From assembly GCA_040905565.1 (NCBI GenBank), contig JBBDRF010000083.1, positions 8,277-72,276 of the forward strand: 64,000 bases of DNA. The letters run 5' to 3'. Below the pieces are notes generated by a model. The model was given only the letters and a program-made list of their open reading frames with translations. It did no database searches and had not been told where the DNA came from. Of this stretch, positions 18,367 to 30,300 are shown in pieces. The stretch comes from Phycisphaeraceae bacterium (GTDB taxonomy: Bacteria; Planctomycetota; Phycisphaerae; Phycisphaerales; Zrk34). Within the stretch, counting starts at the first letter, position 1; each line of letters starts with the position of its first letter. The translations under genes and the position numbers were made by a program.

Positions 18367-21300
18367 CAGGCTCACCCTGCTCGTCGTCGCCGATGGTCTC
18401 ATGCGGGATACGCGGATCATCACTGAGAGGCCTGAACTCGGGCCGCTCCTCCGGCTCCGGATCAACGTTGTAAACGCCGTCTTCACCGACCTCCTTCATC
18501 AGTCGTTCACGCATCGGATCATTGATCGGCATGTCATGAATCGCGGACCCGTCGATGTGCTCACGGGTGACGCGGTTCGCGTCGGACACGTCGTGGATGA
18601 CATGAGGCGTGAGGATAATCAGCAACTCCGTCCGCTCTGTTGAAGTCCGCGTTGAGCGGAACGCCGCGCCGATCAACGGCAGATCGCCGAAGAACGGCAC
18701 CTTGTCTTCGATGAAATCGTCACGGCTGGAAATCAGCCCGCCGATGATAATCGTGTTCCCGTCCTGCACCGAGACCTGCGTCTCGGCGCGGCGTCGATCG
18801 ATGATCGGCAACCGGAAGTCGGGCGTCACCTGCACCGTCTGAGCCGACAATGCACTGATCTCCGGCGCGACCGTCAGATTCACAAAACCCTCCGGGCTAA
18901 TACGAGGCGTCACCGACAACAGAATGCCCACGTCGCGATAGTCCACGGCCGTCACTGTTGTCGCCGAAGTCAGGTCGCTGGTGCGTGCTTCATCGATGAC
19001 GGGAATTTCCGAGCCGACCTGGATGGTCGCTTCCATGTTATCCGCCGCGAGTATCTGCGGCCGTGAAAGCACTTCAAGCCGCCCCTCGGCCTGGAGCGCA
19101 CGGAGCAGGAACTGGAAGTCACCGCCGGTGATCATCGTCGAGAACCCACCGCTCTGCAGAAGGTCCCCCGCCACGCCGAAGTCCGTTCCCGTTTGGATCG
19201 GCGTGCCGTCGAGCACCGGCGTGTAACTCCACTCAACACCCAGATCGAGTTCATCGTTCAGCGTGACCTCCGCGAGCATCACCTGAATCAACACCTGCGG
19301 CTGCGGTTTGTCCAGATCCTCAATCAATTCGGCGACGTCGGGAAAGTATCGCGGCGAGGCGGAGATCAACAGCGTGTTGGAAGACTGCTCCGCCACGATT
19401 GCGATCTCGCGATCCAGCAGCCCCTGAACCGTGCCGATCCCTTCATCACCGAGAATCTGCGTCACCCGCATGCGCTCCTGATCGAGAAAATCCCGGATCG
19501 CCAGTTCGATGTCGATCGCCTGCGCATGGCGAAGACGATACACGCGTGAGATTCGCTCCTGAGCCGGGCTTGAATCCAGTTCCGCAATCAGCTCCGAAGC
19601 CAGCCTCACGTAGTGCTCGGTGCCGCCGACCAGCAGCGAGTTCGTCCGCATGTCGACGGTGACCGTCAGCGCGTGCTGCTCAGCCGTTCCGAGTGTTGCC
19701 GCGGCATTGAGGTCACTGCCGTTCAGGTCGCTGCCGTCACCTGCCTCGACTGGCTGTCCTCCCGCCGCTTCGCCCTCAGCGTCGCCCGGCCGCACCAGCG
19801 TGTAGCGAATGGAGCGCTCCGTCTCCGCCGCCGTCTGCTGCAAGCGGAACAGGTCCGAAAGCACGTCCGCCATCTGCCCTGCGTCCGCGTTCTCCAGCGA
19901 GAAAACCTGAATGCTTGCGATCTGCGGCGAGGAAGCGTCCAGCCTTGAAATCACATGCTCAAGCAACGGCATCGCCTCGACCGGAGCGGAGATCACCAGC
20001 GAATTCGTGCGCGTATCAGGCGTAACCAACACGCCCTCCTGAAGCGCCGACGCAATCTCTTCCTGCTGATCGTCCGCCGTCCGCGCCACGAACTGCAGCA
20101 GCCGTTGCCCGGCATCGGGCGCGTCGCCAGGGGCCGTCGGCGTGCTCGTCAGCAGTTCTGTCAAAAGCGTCGACAGTTCATTCGCCCTTGCGTGCTTGAG
20201 CTGAATCACGCGAATCTCCGCCACCCGGGCGAGGTCTTCGGTATCCAGCCGCTTCACAAGGCTGCCGATCCGCTTCGCGTCCGCGGAACCGGCCGAAACG
20301 ACGATCGCGTTCAGCCTTTCATCCACATTCAGCGCCACCTGCTGCCCGCCCGGCCCCGCCTGCCGATACAGGCTCTCGATCGTCTCAGCAACCTGGCTTG
20401 CGTCGGCCTTGGCAAGCCGGAAAATTTCAACGTTGTCCTCATCATGGGCCCCGGTATCGAGACGCTCCACGAGCGAGGCGACCATTGCCATGTCTTCCGC
20501 TGCTGCGGAGACGAGCACGGCGTTCGCCCACGGATCGGCGATGACGGTGATCGTCTGCGGAGCCGGCGCTCCCGCAGCACTCGGCCGCGCCGAGAACAGC
20601 TGCTCAAGCGTCTGCTGCACCTTCGCCGCGGTCGAATTGGCCAGCGGGAAGATTCGGTAATTCGCCCGCTCGATCGAGTCCGGTTGATCGAGTTGATCGA
20701 TCAGCCGTTCAAGCGTGAGAAAGCTCTCCGTCCCGCCGGTGACCAGCAACGCATTCGTGCGATCGTCAGCCATGATGGAGACAGGCAACGTCGGTTCGCC
20801 GGCAATCTCTTCGGTCGAACGGCGGGAATCAAAGAAATCCGTCAGCGTCGCCACCAACCTCGGCGCTGAGGCGTGCTCCAGCACGTACACGCGCATGTCT
20901 GTGCCGCCGGCGTGCGCTTCGGTATCGATCTGTGCGACGACCTGTTCAATGATGGCCATGTTCTCCGGACTCGCGGAAACGATCAGCGTGTTCGCACGCG
21001 GATTCACCTCCACCGCCACGCGTTCACGGATCTGCTGCTGAGGCCCGCCCACCGCTGCCCCGGGCCGGTACACGCCCTGCGCGATCAGCGATTCAAGCGT
21101 CACCGCCGCCCGATGCGCCTCTGCATGCTCCAGCGCAAACGTGCGGATCGAACCATCCTTCACCACCGGGTTCGTATCCACCTGTTCGATCAGTTCCCGC
21201 GCGACGTCGATGTTCTCCCCGCTGGCGGTGATGATCACCGAGTTGGTCAGCACGTCCGGATGCACCGCGACGTTTTCCTCGGGCAGTGCCGGTTGGCCGG

Positions 21301-24300
21301 GCGTTGTTGCGGTCTGCTGCCGCGACGCAAACACCTGGTTCAGCATCTGCGCCACCGCCTGCGCCTGGTTGTTCGCCAGCGCCACCAGTTCGATTTGAAC
21401 GGCCGGCGATTCGGGCTTGCGGTCAAGTTGTTCCAGCAGGTCATCAAGCGCGCGGCGATCGTCGGCAATGGCCACGACCATCAGGCTGTTCGTCCGAAGA
21501 TCAGGCAGAATGATCGGCTGCCGGCTCGCCACGTCTTGCGTCTGCGCCGCGGCGTAACGCGCATCGAACAGGTTCGAAAGCGTCCCCGCCAGCGTCCCCG
21601 CACTCGCATGCTCCAGCGGAATCAGATCGATCTGCCCCGCAAGATTCGGCCCGTCGCGATCAAGCTGCTCAGCCAACCCTTCGACCATCTCATATGCTTC
21701 ACGCGACCCCGCCACCAGCAGGGTATTCGTTCGCGGATCGCTGATGATCTCCACCCGAAGCGATTCAGCCTCCGCACGCCCCATCGCCTGACGCTGCTCC
21801 ACACGCGCATCCAGCAGCTGCTGAATCATTCCCCCCAGCGCCTGCGCGTCGGCGTTCTCCACCAGAATCATGCGTACATCACGCAGTTCAACGGGCAGTT
21901 CCCGATCAAGCTGCTGCACCAGCCCCGCCACGATCCCCCAAGCCTTGTCGTTCGCTGCCACGATCAACGCATTCGTCCGAGGGTCCAGCGTCATATGGGG
22001 CCGATCGCCCGGCGGCATCTGCGACGCCAACGGCCCCTCGTACATGTCCTCGATCACGCTCTGCACCGTTTCCGCATTCGCATGGTTCAGCGGAATAATG
22101 CGGATGTTGTCCATGCCCGTGGCGTCGGGGATGTCCATCGTCTGGATAACATCCGTGATCAACGGCATCATGTCCGACCGTGCCGCCACGATCAGCGTGT
22201 TGGTCACCTCGTCGGCCTGCACCATCAGCGCTGCCCGCGTCTTGGGCTGTTCGGTCACCACCTCTTCGCCGTTGTCCAGCACGCGCCGCAGCCGCGTCAC
22301 CTGCGTCGCCAGCCCCTCGGCCCCGGGGTCGGACCCCGTCTCAGTGAACACCGCCTGAAGCACCGGCGCCATGTTCGGAGCCGACGCATGCCGCAGACGG
22401 AACAGTTCCACCTCCGTCACGAACCGCTCAACATCCTGATCGAGATCCGCCACAAGCGTCTCGGCGAGTTCCAATGCCGACGGATGCCCCGACAGAATCA
22501 GCGCGTTCGTCCGCGCATCGACCGCCACGTTCAGCTGCCCCGTCAAAGCCTCACCGCTGACGCCCTCCGGAAGCCCCGGCACGTTGCCCGGCCCCTCGCC
22601 CAGCGCCTGCCCCTGCGTAAAGATATCCTCAAGCGTCTCCTGAATCGTCGCGGCATCGGCACGCTCGAGCGCAATCAGCCGAACGTCCACGCCGTCCAGC
22701 AGCGGCACCGTGTCCATCATCTGCGCCACTGCTTCAAGCGCGGGCAGATTGGTCGGCGTCGAAGTCAGGATCAACATGTTCGACGCCTCGGCCGCAGCAA
22801 CCTTGATCGGCTGCGCCAGGTCAAGCGTGACCACTTCGCCCTCGCCGTCGCGAATGTTTAACCTGCGGATCTGTTCCTGCAGCGCCATCGCCTCGGCCGT
22901 CAGCTCGCCATCCGCACTCGGCGAAAGCATCCCCGTCAGCACCTCCGCCATCGCCGACGCGTCTGCCTTCCGCAGCGGCACCAGTTGCACGTCCGCTTCG
23001 GTCAGCGTCGCCTCGGTGTCGAACTGTTCGACCACGTCCGCCACCTGCTCGAAGACATGCTCGCGCCCGATCACGATCAGCGAGCGGCTCGCCGTATCCA
23101 CATGGACGCTGACCGTGTCGCCCGGCCGAAGCTCCGCGAGATGGCTGATCATCTCTTCAACGATCGGCAGCAACCGGTCCGGCGACGCATGCTCCAGCGC
23201 GAACATCCGCATCTCCGCCTGGGGCGGCACGCCATCCTCATCAAGCTGCTCGATCAACGTTTCAACAATCTCAAAATGCGTCGGCCGCGCCCGCACAATC
23301 ACACTCCGCGTCCGCGGCTCGGGAATCACCGTGATCTTCTGCTGATGGGTCACGCGCCGTTCCTCACGCCCGCCACCACCCCCCTCGCGCCCCTCACCTT
23401 CCTGCAGCACCACCTCCACCGGGTCCTCACGAAACAACTGCGTCAGCGTCTCAGCGACAGCAGCTGGGTCCGCGTTCTCAAGCTGGAATCGCCGAAAATC
23501 GGCATCGCTGCTGATGAACGAAAACGAAAGATCCGTCACCAGATCCTCCAGCGCATCAAGCTCATACCCCGGCCCCGAAAGCAGCAGCGTGTTCGAATCC
23601 CGATCATGGGCGATCGCGACGACCGGCTCCTCCTCAACATCAAAACCCTCGGGCAAATCCAGCCCCTCCAGCAGCGCTTCGGGATCAACCGCCCCGCCCG
23701 GCAGGTTCGGCCGAATGCCTTGAGGCAGACGATCAACCAGTTCCACATGCGTGCCGGTCATCTGCCCATGGACATCCCGCAGCATCTCCGCCATCTGTGC
23801 CGCAGGCACCTCCAACAGCGGAATCACACGCACCTGAATCGTCTCATCACGCGTCACCTCATCAAGCTCTGCGATCATCTCCTCGATCGGATCCAAGTCC
23901 GCTTCTGGCGCGATGATCGTGATCGAATCGGTAAACATGTCCGCTTCAATCACGGGCCGCGTCTCCGCCTCGCGATCATCGAACAGCATCCGCAGGCGCG
24001 AGGCCACATCGAACGCGTCCGCGTGCTTAATCCGCACGTAGCGGATTGCGCGATCCATCGGCTCGGGCGCGTCATCCAGAGCCGCCAGCAACTGCTCAAC
24101 CATGACAAACTGCGCACGCTGAGCCGAGATGACCAGGCTGTTTGTGCGATCATCGACGGTGATGGTGAACGCATCCGCCTCGCCGCGCCGCCCAAACACA
24201 CCCTCCAGCATCTGCTCGAGCGTCGCTGAGATCTGCTCCGCCTCACCGTTTTGAATGCGGAAGATGCGGACATCGATCCCGCGATGGTCGCCCTGCTCGT

Positions 24301-27300
24301 CCAGCTCGCGGATGATCTCGAGCACCTCATCCACCGCCACGTCGGGGCCGTTGATGAGCAGGCTGTTGGAGTTCGGCTCGGGGGTCACCGAAACACGCCG
24401 ACCTTCAAATTCGCTCTCGCGCGCGGCGATTGCTTCGTTCACCGCCAAAGCCAGCGTCTCTGCCTCCGCCTTCTCCAGGCGTACCGTGCGAATCGTGCTG
24501 CCGCTTTCGCCGTCGGGTACATCGATGTTCTCGATCAGCTGTTCCGCCAGCGCCAACTTGTGAGGCGGCGCCTGCACAATCACCGCCCTGATGCTCGCCA
24601 CAGCCGTGACACGCACCGGCGTCTCGCCTGACTCCTGTTGCTGCTGCATCATCCGCTGGCGCATCCAGCCGGACATGCTCGACGTGTCGGCCTCATCAGA
24701 AAGCATCTCCGCAAGCACTTCCCGAACGTTCGCAGCCTCGGCATGCTCAAGCGTGAATGTCCGCACCTGCGTCGAGATCTCGCTCGGCGTCTGCAGCGTT
24801 TCAAGCAGCGCCTCGATGCGCTCGAACTGATCTTCCGTCGCAGCGACCATGATCTTCCGGCCCGCGGGATCGGCTTCGAACCGTGGCTGCGGACCCGCAA
24901 CCGTCGCGCCGTCTTCCTCTGAAAACAGCCGCCCGAGCGTCGGCGCCAGTTCCTCGACATCCCCTTCGCTGATCGTGTACGCCCGGATCGCCAGACGCCG
25001 ATGCTCATCGCTCGGAACGTCCAGGTTCTCGATCAGGTGTTCCGCCAGCGACAGCTGCTCAGGCGAGGCCTGCACGATCACCGCCTTGATGCCCGGCGCT
25101 GCCGTGATCCGCACCGGCGTCTCGTCCGATTCCTGCCGTTGCTGCATCATCTGCCGACGCATCCAGCTGGACATCCCCGTCATTTCCGCCTCATCAGAGA
25201 TCATCTCCTGGAGCACCTGCCGAATCTGGTGCGGATCCGCATGCTCCAGCTCAAAGGTTCGCAACTGCGTGGTTATCTCAGTCGGCGTCTGCAGCGTTTC
25301 AAGCAGCGCCTCGATGCGCTCGAACTGATCTTCCGTCGCAGCGACCATGATCTTCCGGCCCGCGGGATCGGCTTCGAACCGTGGCTGCGGACCCGCAACC
25401 GTCGCGCCGTCTTCCTCTGAAAACAGCCGCCCGAGCGTCGGCGCCAGTTCCTCGACATCCCCTTCGCTGATCGTGTACGCCCGGATCGCCAGACGCCGAT
25501 GCTCATCGCTCGGAACGTCCAGGTTCTCGATCAGGTGTTCCGCCAGCGACAGCTGCTCAGGCGAGGCCTGCACGATCACCGCCTTGATGCCCGGCGCTGC
25601 CGTGATCCGCACCGGCGTCTCGTCCGATTCCTGCCGTTGCTGCATCATCTGCCGACGCATCCAGCTGGACATCCCCGCCGTTTCCCCCTCATCAGAAATC
25701 ATCTCCTGCAGCACCTGCCGAATCTGCTCCGGGTCCGCATGCTCCAGCGAGAACGTCTGAATACGGTTGGTCACCTCGCTGGGCGTCTGGAAATCTTCGA
25801 GAATCGCTTCGATGCGGTCGAACTGGTCACGCGTCGCCGCCACCATGATCTTCTTGCTCGCTGCATCGGCCTCGAAGCGCGGCTGCGGCGCCTGCCTCTC
25901 GTCGTCATCTTCTTCCGCAAACAGCCGCCCCAGCGTCGGCGCCAGCTCCGTCACGTCGCCCTCGGGCAGGTGATAGGAACGAATCTCGCGCCGACCGCGA
26001 TGGCCCTCCTCGCCGGGATCCGCATCCAGGTTCGCAATCAGCTGTTCCGCCAGCGCCAAATCCTGTGCCGAGCCCTGCACCAGCACCGCATTGATCGACG
26101 GTGCCGCCGTCACGCGAACCGCCACCTCGCCCGACTGCATCTGCTGCTGCGCCAGTTGCATTTGCAGCCAACCGGGCATGCCGCGCGTTGCTTGACCGGG
26201 GCCGAGCATCCGCTCAAGAATCTCCGTCACCTGCTCCGGCTGGGCGTGCGTCAGTGTGAATGTTTCAAGCTGACTGGTGATTTCCGTCGTCGTCTGCAGA
26301 TCATCGATCAGCGTTTCGATCCGCTCGAACTGTCCCTCCGTGGCCGCCACCAGCAGGTGATTGCCCGCCCCTGCTTCGAAGCGTGGCTGCGGACCGCGTG
26401 CCGCCGCACCACCCTCAGAGAACAGCCGCGCCAGCGTCGGCGCAAGCTCATCCACCTCACCCTCGGGGACGAGGTATGACCGGATCGCCAGCCCATGCGA
26501 CCGCTCCGGATCGTCCAGCGATTGAACCAGCTCCTCTACCCGCTCAATCGTGTTTCGCGGTGCATGAATCACCAGCGAACGATCATCCGGTCCAGCCGAC
26601 ACGATCAACCGCTCCGCCACCGTCGGCGCTTCCACCCGGTCGGCCATCATCTGGCTGATCACGCCCACCAGCGCACCAGCCGAGCCGTTCACCGAAAGCA
26701 CGCGCATCTGCCGACCGCTCTTCTCGCCCGACGCATCCAGCTTCTCGATGATCTGCTGGATGATTTCCAGGTGCGTCACCGCCGCCGTCACGATCAGCCG
26801 ATTGGTATCCGGGTCGGCAATGAAGCGCGCATCGCCCACACCGGGCTCGGCCCGCGTTTTGAGTTGATCGAGATAGAGCTCCTGCGTCTGCTCGGCCAGT
26901 TCATCAGCTTTGCCTTCGCTTTGCAGTTCAAAGATGCGAAGGTCGCGGTCGGCATGTTCGACGATGCCGTCGAGTTGTTCGATGATCATCGCCGCCGCCT
27001 GCAGGTCGTCGCGTTCGCCGCTGACGATCACCGTATTCGAGCTCGGATCCGCGCCAACCGAGACGCGCGCCTGCAGCCGCCCGCGCCGGTCCGGCACCAG
27101 CATCGCCTGCGATAGAAGCGACGCCACCTGCTCCGCCTCTGAAGTCTTCAAACGGAACAGCCGCGTGTCGCCCGTCTGCGTCGAGACCTGATCGATCTGC
27201 TCGATGATCGCTTCCATCTCATCCAGCTCACCCGGCACACCCGTCACGATCAACCGGTTCGTCGCCGAGTCGGGCAGCACCAGCAGCCGGTCCGCCCGGG

Positions 27301-30300
27301 CGTTGGAGCGATCCGCCGCCCGCTCCTCGTAGATGCGTGTCACCGTGCTGGCGAGATTCTCAGCCGTGCTGGCGGTCAACTCATACACGCGCGTTTCACG
27401 GTCTTCCGCTTCGACCGGCCGCTCACGCAGGCTGGTGACGATTGCTTGAATGCGGTCCGCGTGATTCGGCCGGGCCGTCACGATCAGCCGCCCCGCCTCG
27501 GCGTCGGCGAGAATCTGCGCGTCCGCCGGACCTGAAGCCCGGTCGTCCCGCAGCTGCTCCTCGTACAGATCCTGCACCAACGGCAACAGCCTCTGAACCT
27601 CAGCCGCGCCGCCCATCTCGATCATCCGCGTCTCTCTCGGGGCCGACGCCTCTTCCGACTCATCGGAAAGCTCGTTGATGAGTTCTTCGATGCGGGTGAT
27701 ATGGCTGGGCAATGCCGTCACAATCAGCTGCGCCCGCTCGGTGTCGGTCAGGAAGTTCGCGTCCGCTTCTTCGCCGTCCTCCGCGTCACGCATCTGCTCC
27801 TGATAAAGATCACGCACCAAAGGCAGCACGCGGTTGAGTTCACGCAGCGAGCCGAACGTGAAGTATTCCGTTCGGCGCTCGGGCGTGTCCTCCTCCTCGA
27901 CACTCAGCGAAGCGATCAGCGTTTCCACCCGCTCAAGATGCTGCTCGGGTGCGACCACAACAAGCCGATCGTTCTCCGTATCGGCTGTGATCGAAACTCG
28001 GTCCGCACCGTCATGCCCCTCTGTCTGCTCGCGCCAGAGGTCCGTCGCAAGGGCCGCAAGCTCGTTCGCCTGGCCGCGGGCCACCTTCACAAACTGCAGC
28101 TTCCGCTCCGTGCGGGTGGTGGGCACGTCCAGCCGTTCGATGATGCTGCGCGCAGCACGCATGTCTTCGGCGCTGCCGCCGATGAACACGCTGTTGGTGT
28201 CCGCGTCGGCCGTCACCGAAGCTTCCATCGAAGGTCGCCCGTATCGATCGCGCGTCGTGAGCGCCTCGGTGACGATCTCCGCCACCTCTGTTGCCTCGGC
28301 GTGCTCCAGCGTGAACGCCTCGTTCGGCTCGGTCGCACGCGGGTCGGCCCGGTCAAGCTCCGCGACCAGCTCGGCCACGGCATCAACCTCATCGTCAGGC
28401 CCAATGGCCACGATCCGGTTCGACCCGCCGTCGGAGAAGATCCGCGTCGCCGGCTCATAGTTCGGCCCGTGCTCCTCGACCATCATCTGCTCGAACAGGG
28501 CCGACACCAGCGGCTCAAGCTGCTCGGCATCGCCCTCGGTCAGTTCGATCAGACGAAGACGGCGCGGTCGCGTCTCCTGTCGTTGGTCAAGCTGATCGAT
28601 CAGCTGCGAAGCGGCTTCGAGATTCTCCGCACTGCCTGAAACGATGAGGCTGTTGGAGCGCTCATCGACAAGGATGCGGACGACCGGTCGGCCGCCGTCG
28701 CCGTTGAGGCTCTTGTCCAGCAGGCCTTGAATCTCCGCTGCCTGCGCATCCTGGAGCCGATACACACGCGTCTCCTCACGTGCCGGGGCTTCGCCCCCGT
28801 CGTCAGTCAGCTGCGTGACGATTGCCTCTACCTTCACCAGTTCGCTTTCGGGGCCGGTGAGGATCAGCCTGCTGTTCGTGCGATCGGTGTTGATCGAGGC
28901 CGCCCCGCCGACCGGCTCATCCTGCCCGCGGCCCTGTTCTTCATAAAGCTCTTGAACGAGCAACGCGAAGTCCTCCGCCTCGCCCTCGGGCAGATCGACC
29001 GTTCGCGTCTGCCTCGGCACCACCGGCTCGTCCTGATCGAACTGCTGAATCAACGGCTCGATCTGCTCGTAATCTTCCCGCGTCGCCAGCACGATGATCC
29101 GCCGCTCCTGCGCGTGCGGCATCAGCCTCGGCTGCGGATGTCCCTCAGGCCGATCCGCCGCCACCTCAGCGAACAGATCGTTCACCGTCGGGATCAGCTC
29201 GCCTGCGGACTTGTGCTCAAGCTCGACCACGAAAATTTCACGCTGCACCTGCGGCGGCTTCACATCCACCGTCGTGACGATCTGCTTCACCTGCTCATAC
29301 TGCGCTTCGCTGGCCGTCACGATCAGTCGATTGTTCGTCGCATCGGGCAGCAGCAACGGCGGCGAGTCGTCGCGGAACGCCGAGCTGTTCATCGCCTCAT
29401 CCACCAGCGACCGCACGTCCTCGATCACATCATTGATGCGCACTTCGCTGAGCGCGATCACCTCCACGTTCCGGCTCGGCGGCGGGTCCGCGGAGCGCAG
29501 CTTCTCCACGATCTGCTCGATGCGCTCGATGTCCGCCACCGTGCCCGACACGATCAACCGACCGTTGCCGGGGTCGCTCATGATCGACGCGCTCGGCCCA
29601 CGCCTCGCAGGCTGATCACGAAGCTGTTCCTCGTGAAGATCGCGCACCAACGGCAGCAGCCGCTCCGCTTCCTCGTCATTGCCCACCGTGATCAACTGCG
29701 TCTGCCGCGGCACCAGCGGCTCGCCCGCCTTCAACTGCGTCGTCATCTCCTCAGCGATCCGCACGTCACCCGGCGAACCGGTCACGATCAACTTGTTCCG
29801 TTCACGATCCAGCGTGATCTGCAGCCGTTCGCGCCTTTGCTGGCCCGGTCCGATTGTGGTCGTCGCCTGCCGCACCGCCTGCTCAACCGTGTCCACGTCG
29901 GCGTCATCCAGATCGTAGACCCGCGTCACTGTCAGCCGATCCGGCGGCGTGTGCGTCTGCTCATCAGAATCCTGCGATCGCACGCCCGCATCCACCCGGA
30001 AGATCAACCGCTCAATCTCATCGAGTTGCGAAGCGGCCGGGGCTGTGACGATCAGCCTTTGCGAGGTCTCATCAATGATCAGCCGCGCCTGCGTCGACGA
30101 CGCCCCCTGCCCCGGCGCCGCCACGCCCGGCACCGCTTCACGAACAATGCGCGCCAGTTCAACGGGCGTCTGCGTGCTGGGGTAGAAGATTTTGATCTCC
30201 CCCGCCTGCCCGCCGCTTTCGTCCTCGAACTGATTGATCAGTTCCTCCGCCAGCTGGATGCGATCGCGCGGGCCGAACAGAATCAGCGTGCGTGAAGGCT

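Noticed and set aside
19706..19737. Short 15-bp tandem duplication encoding GSDLNGSDLN in a secretin loop
   Set aside because: Two imperfect copies in a disordered loop; ordinary slippage.
24784..25677. 396-bp repeat as a DGR template/variable pair or a CRISPR array
   Set aside because: The copies are identical (no adenine-specific differences), both are in-frame in one CDS, and there is no reverse transcriptase, cas gene or repeat-spacer pattern.
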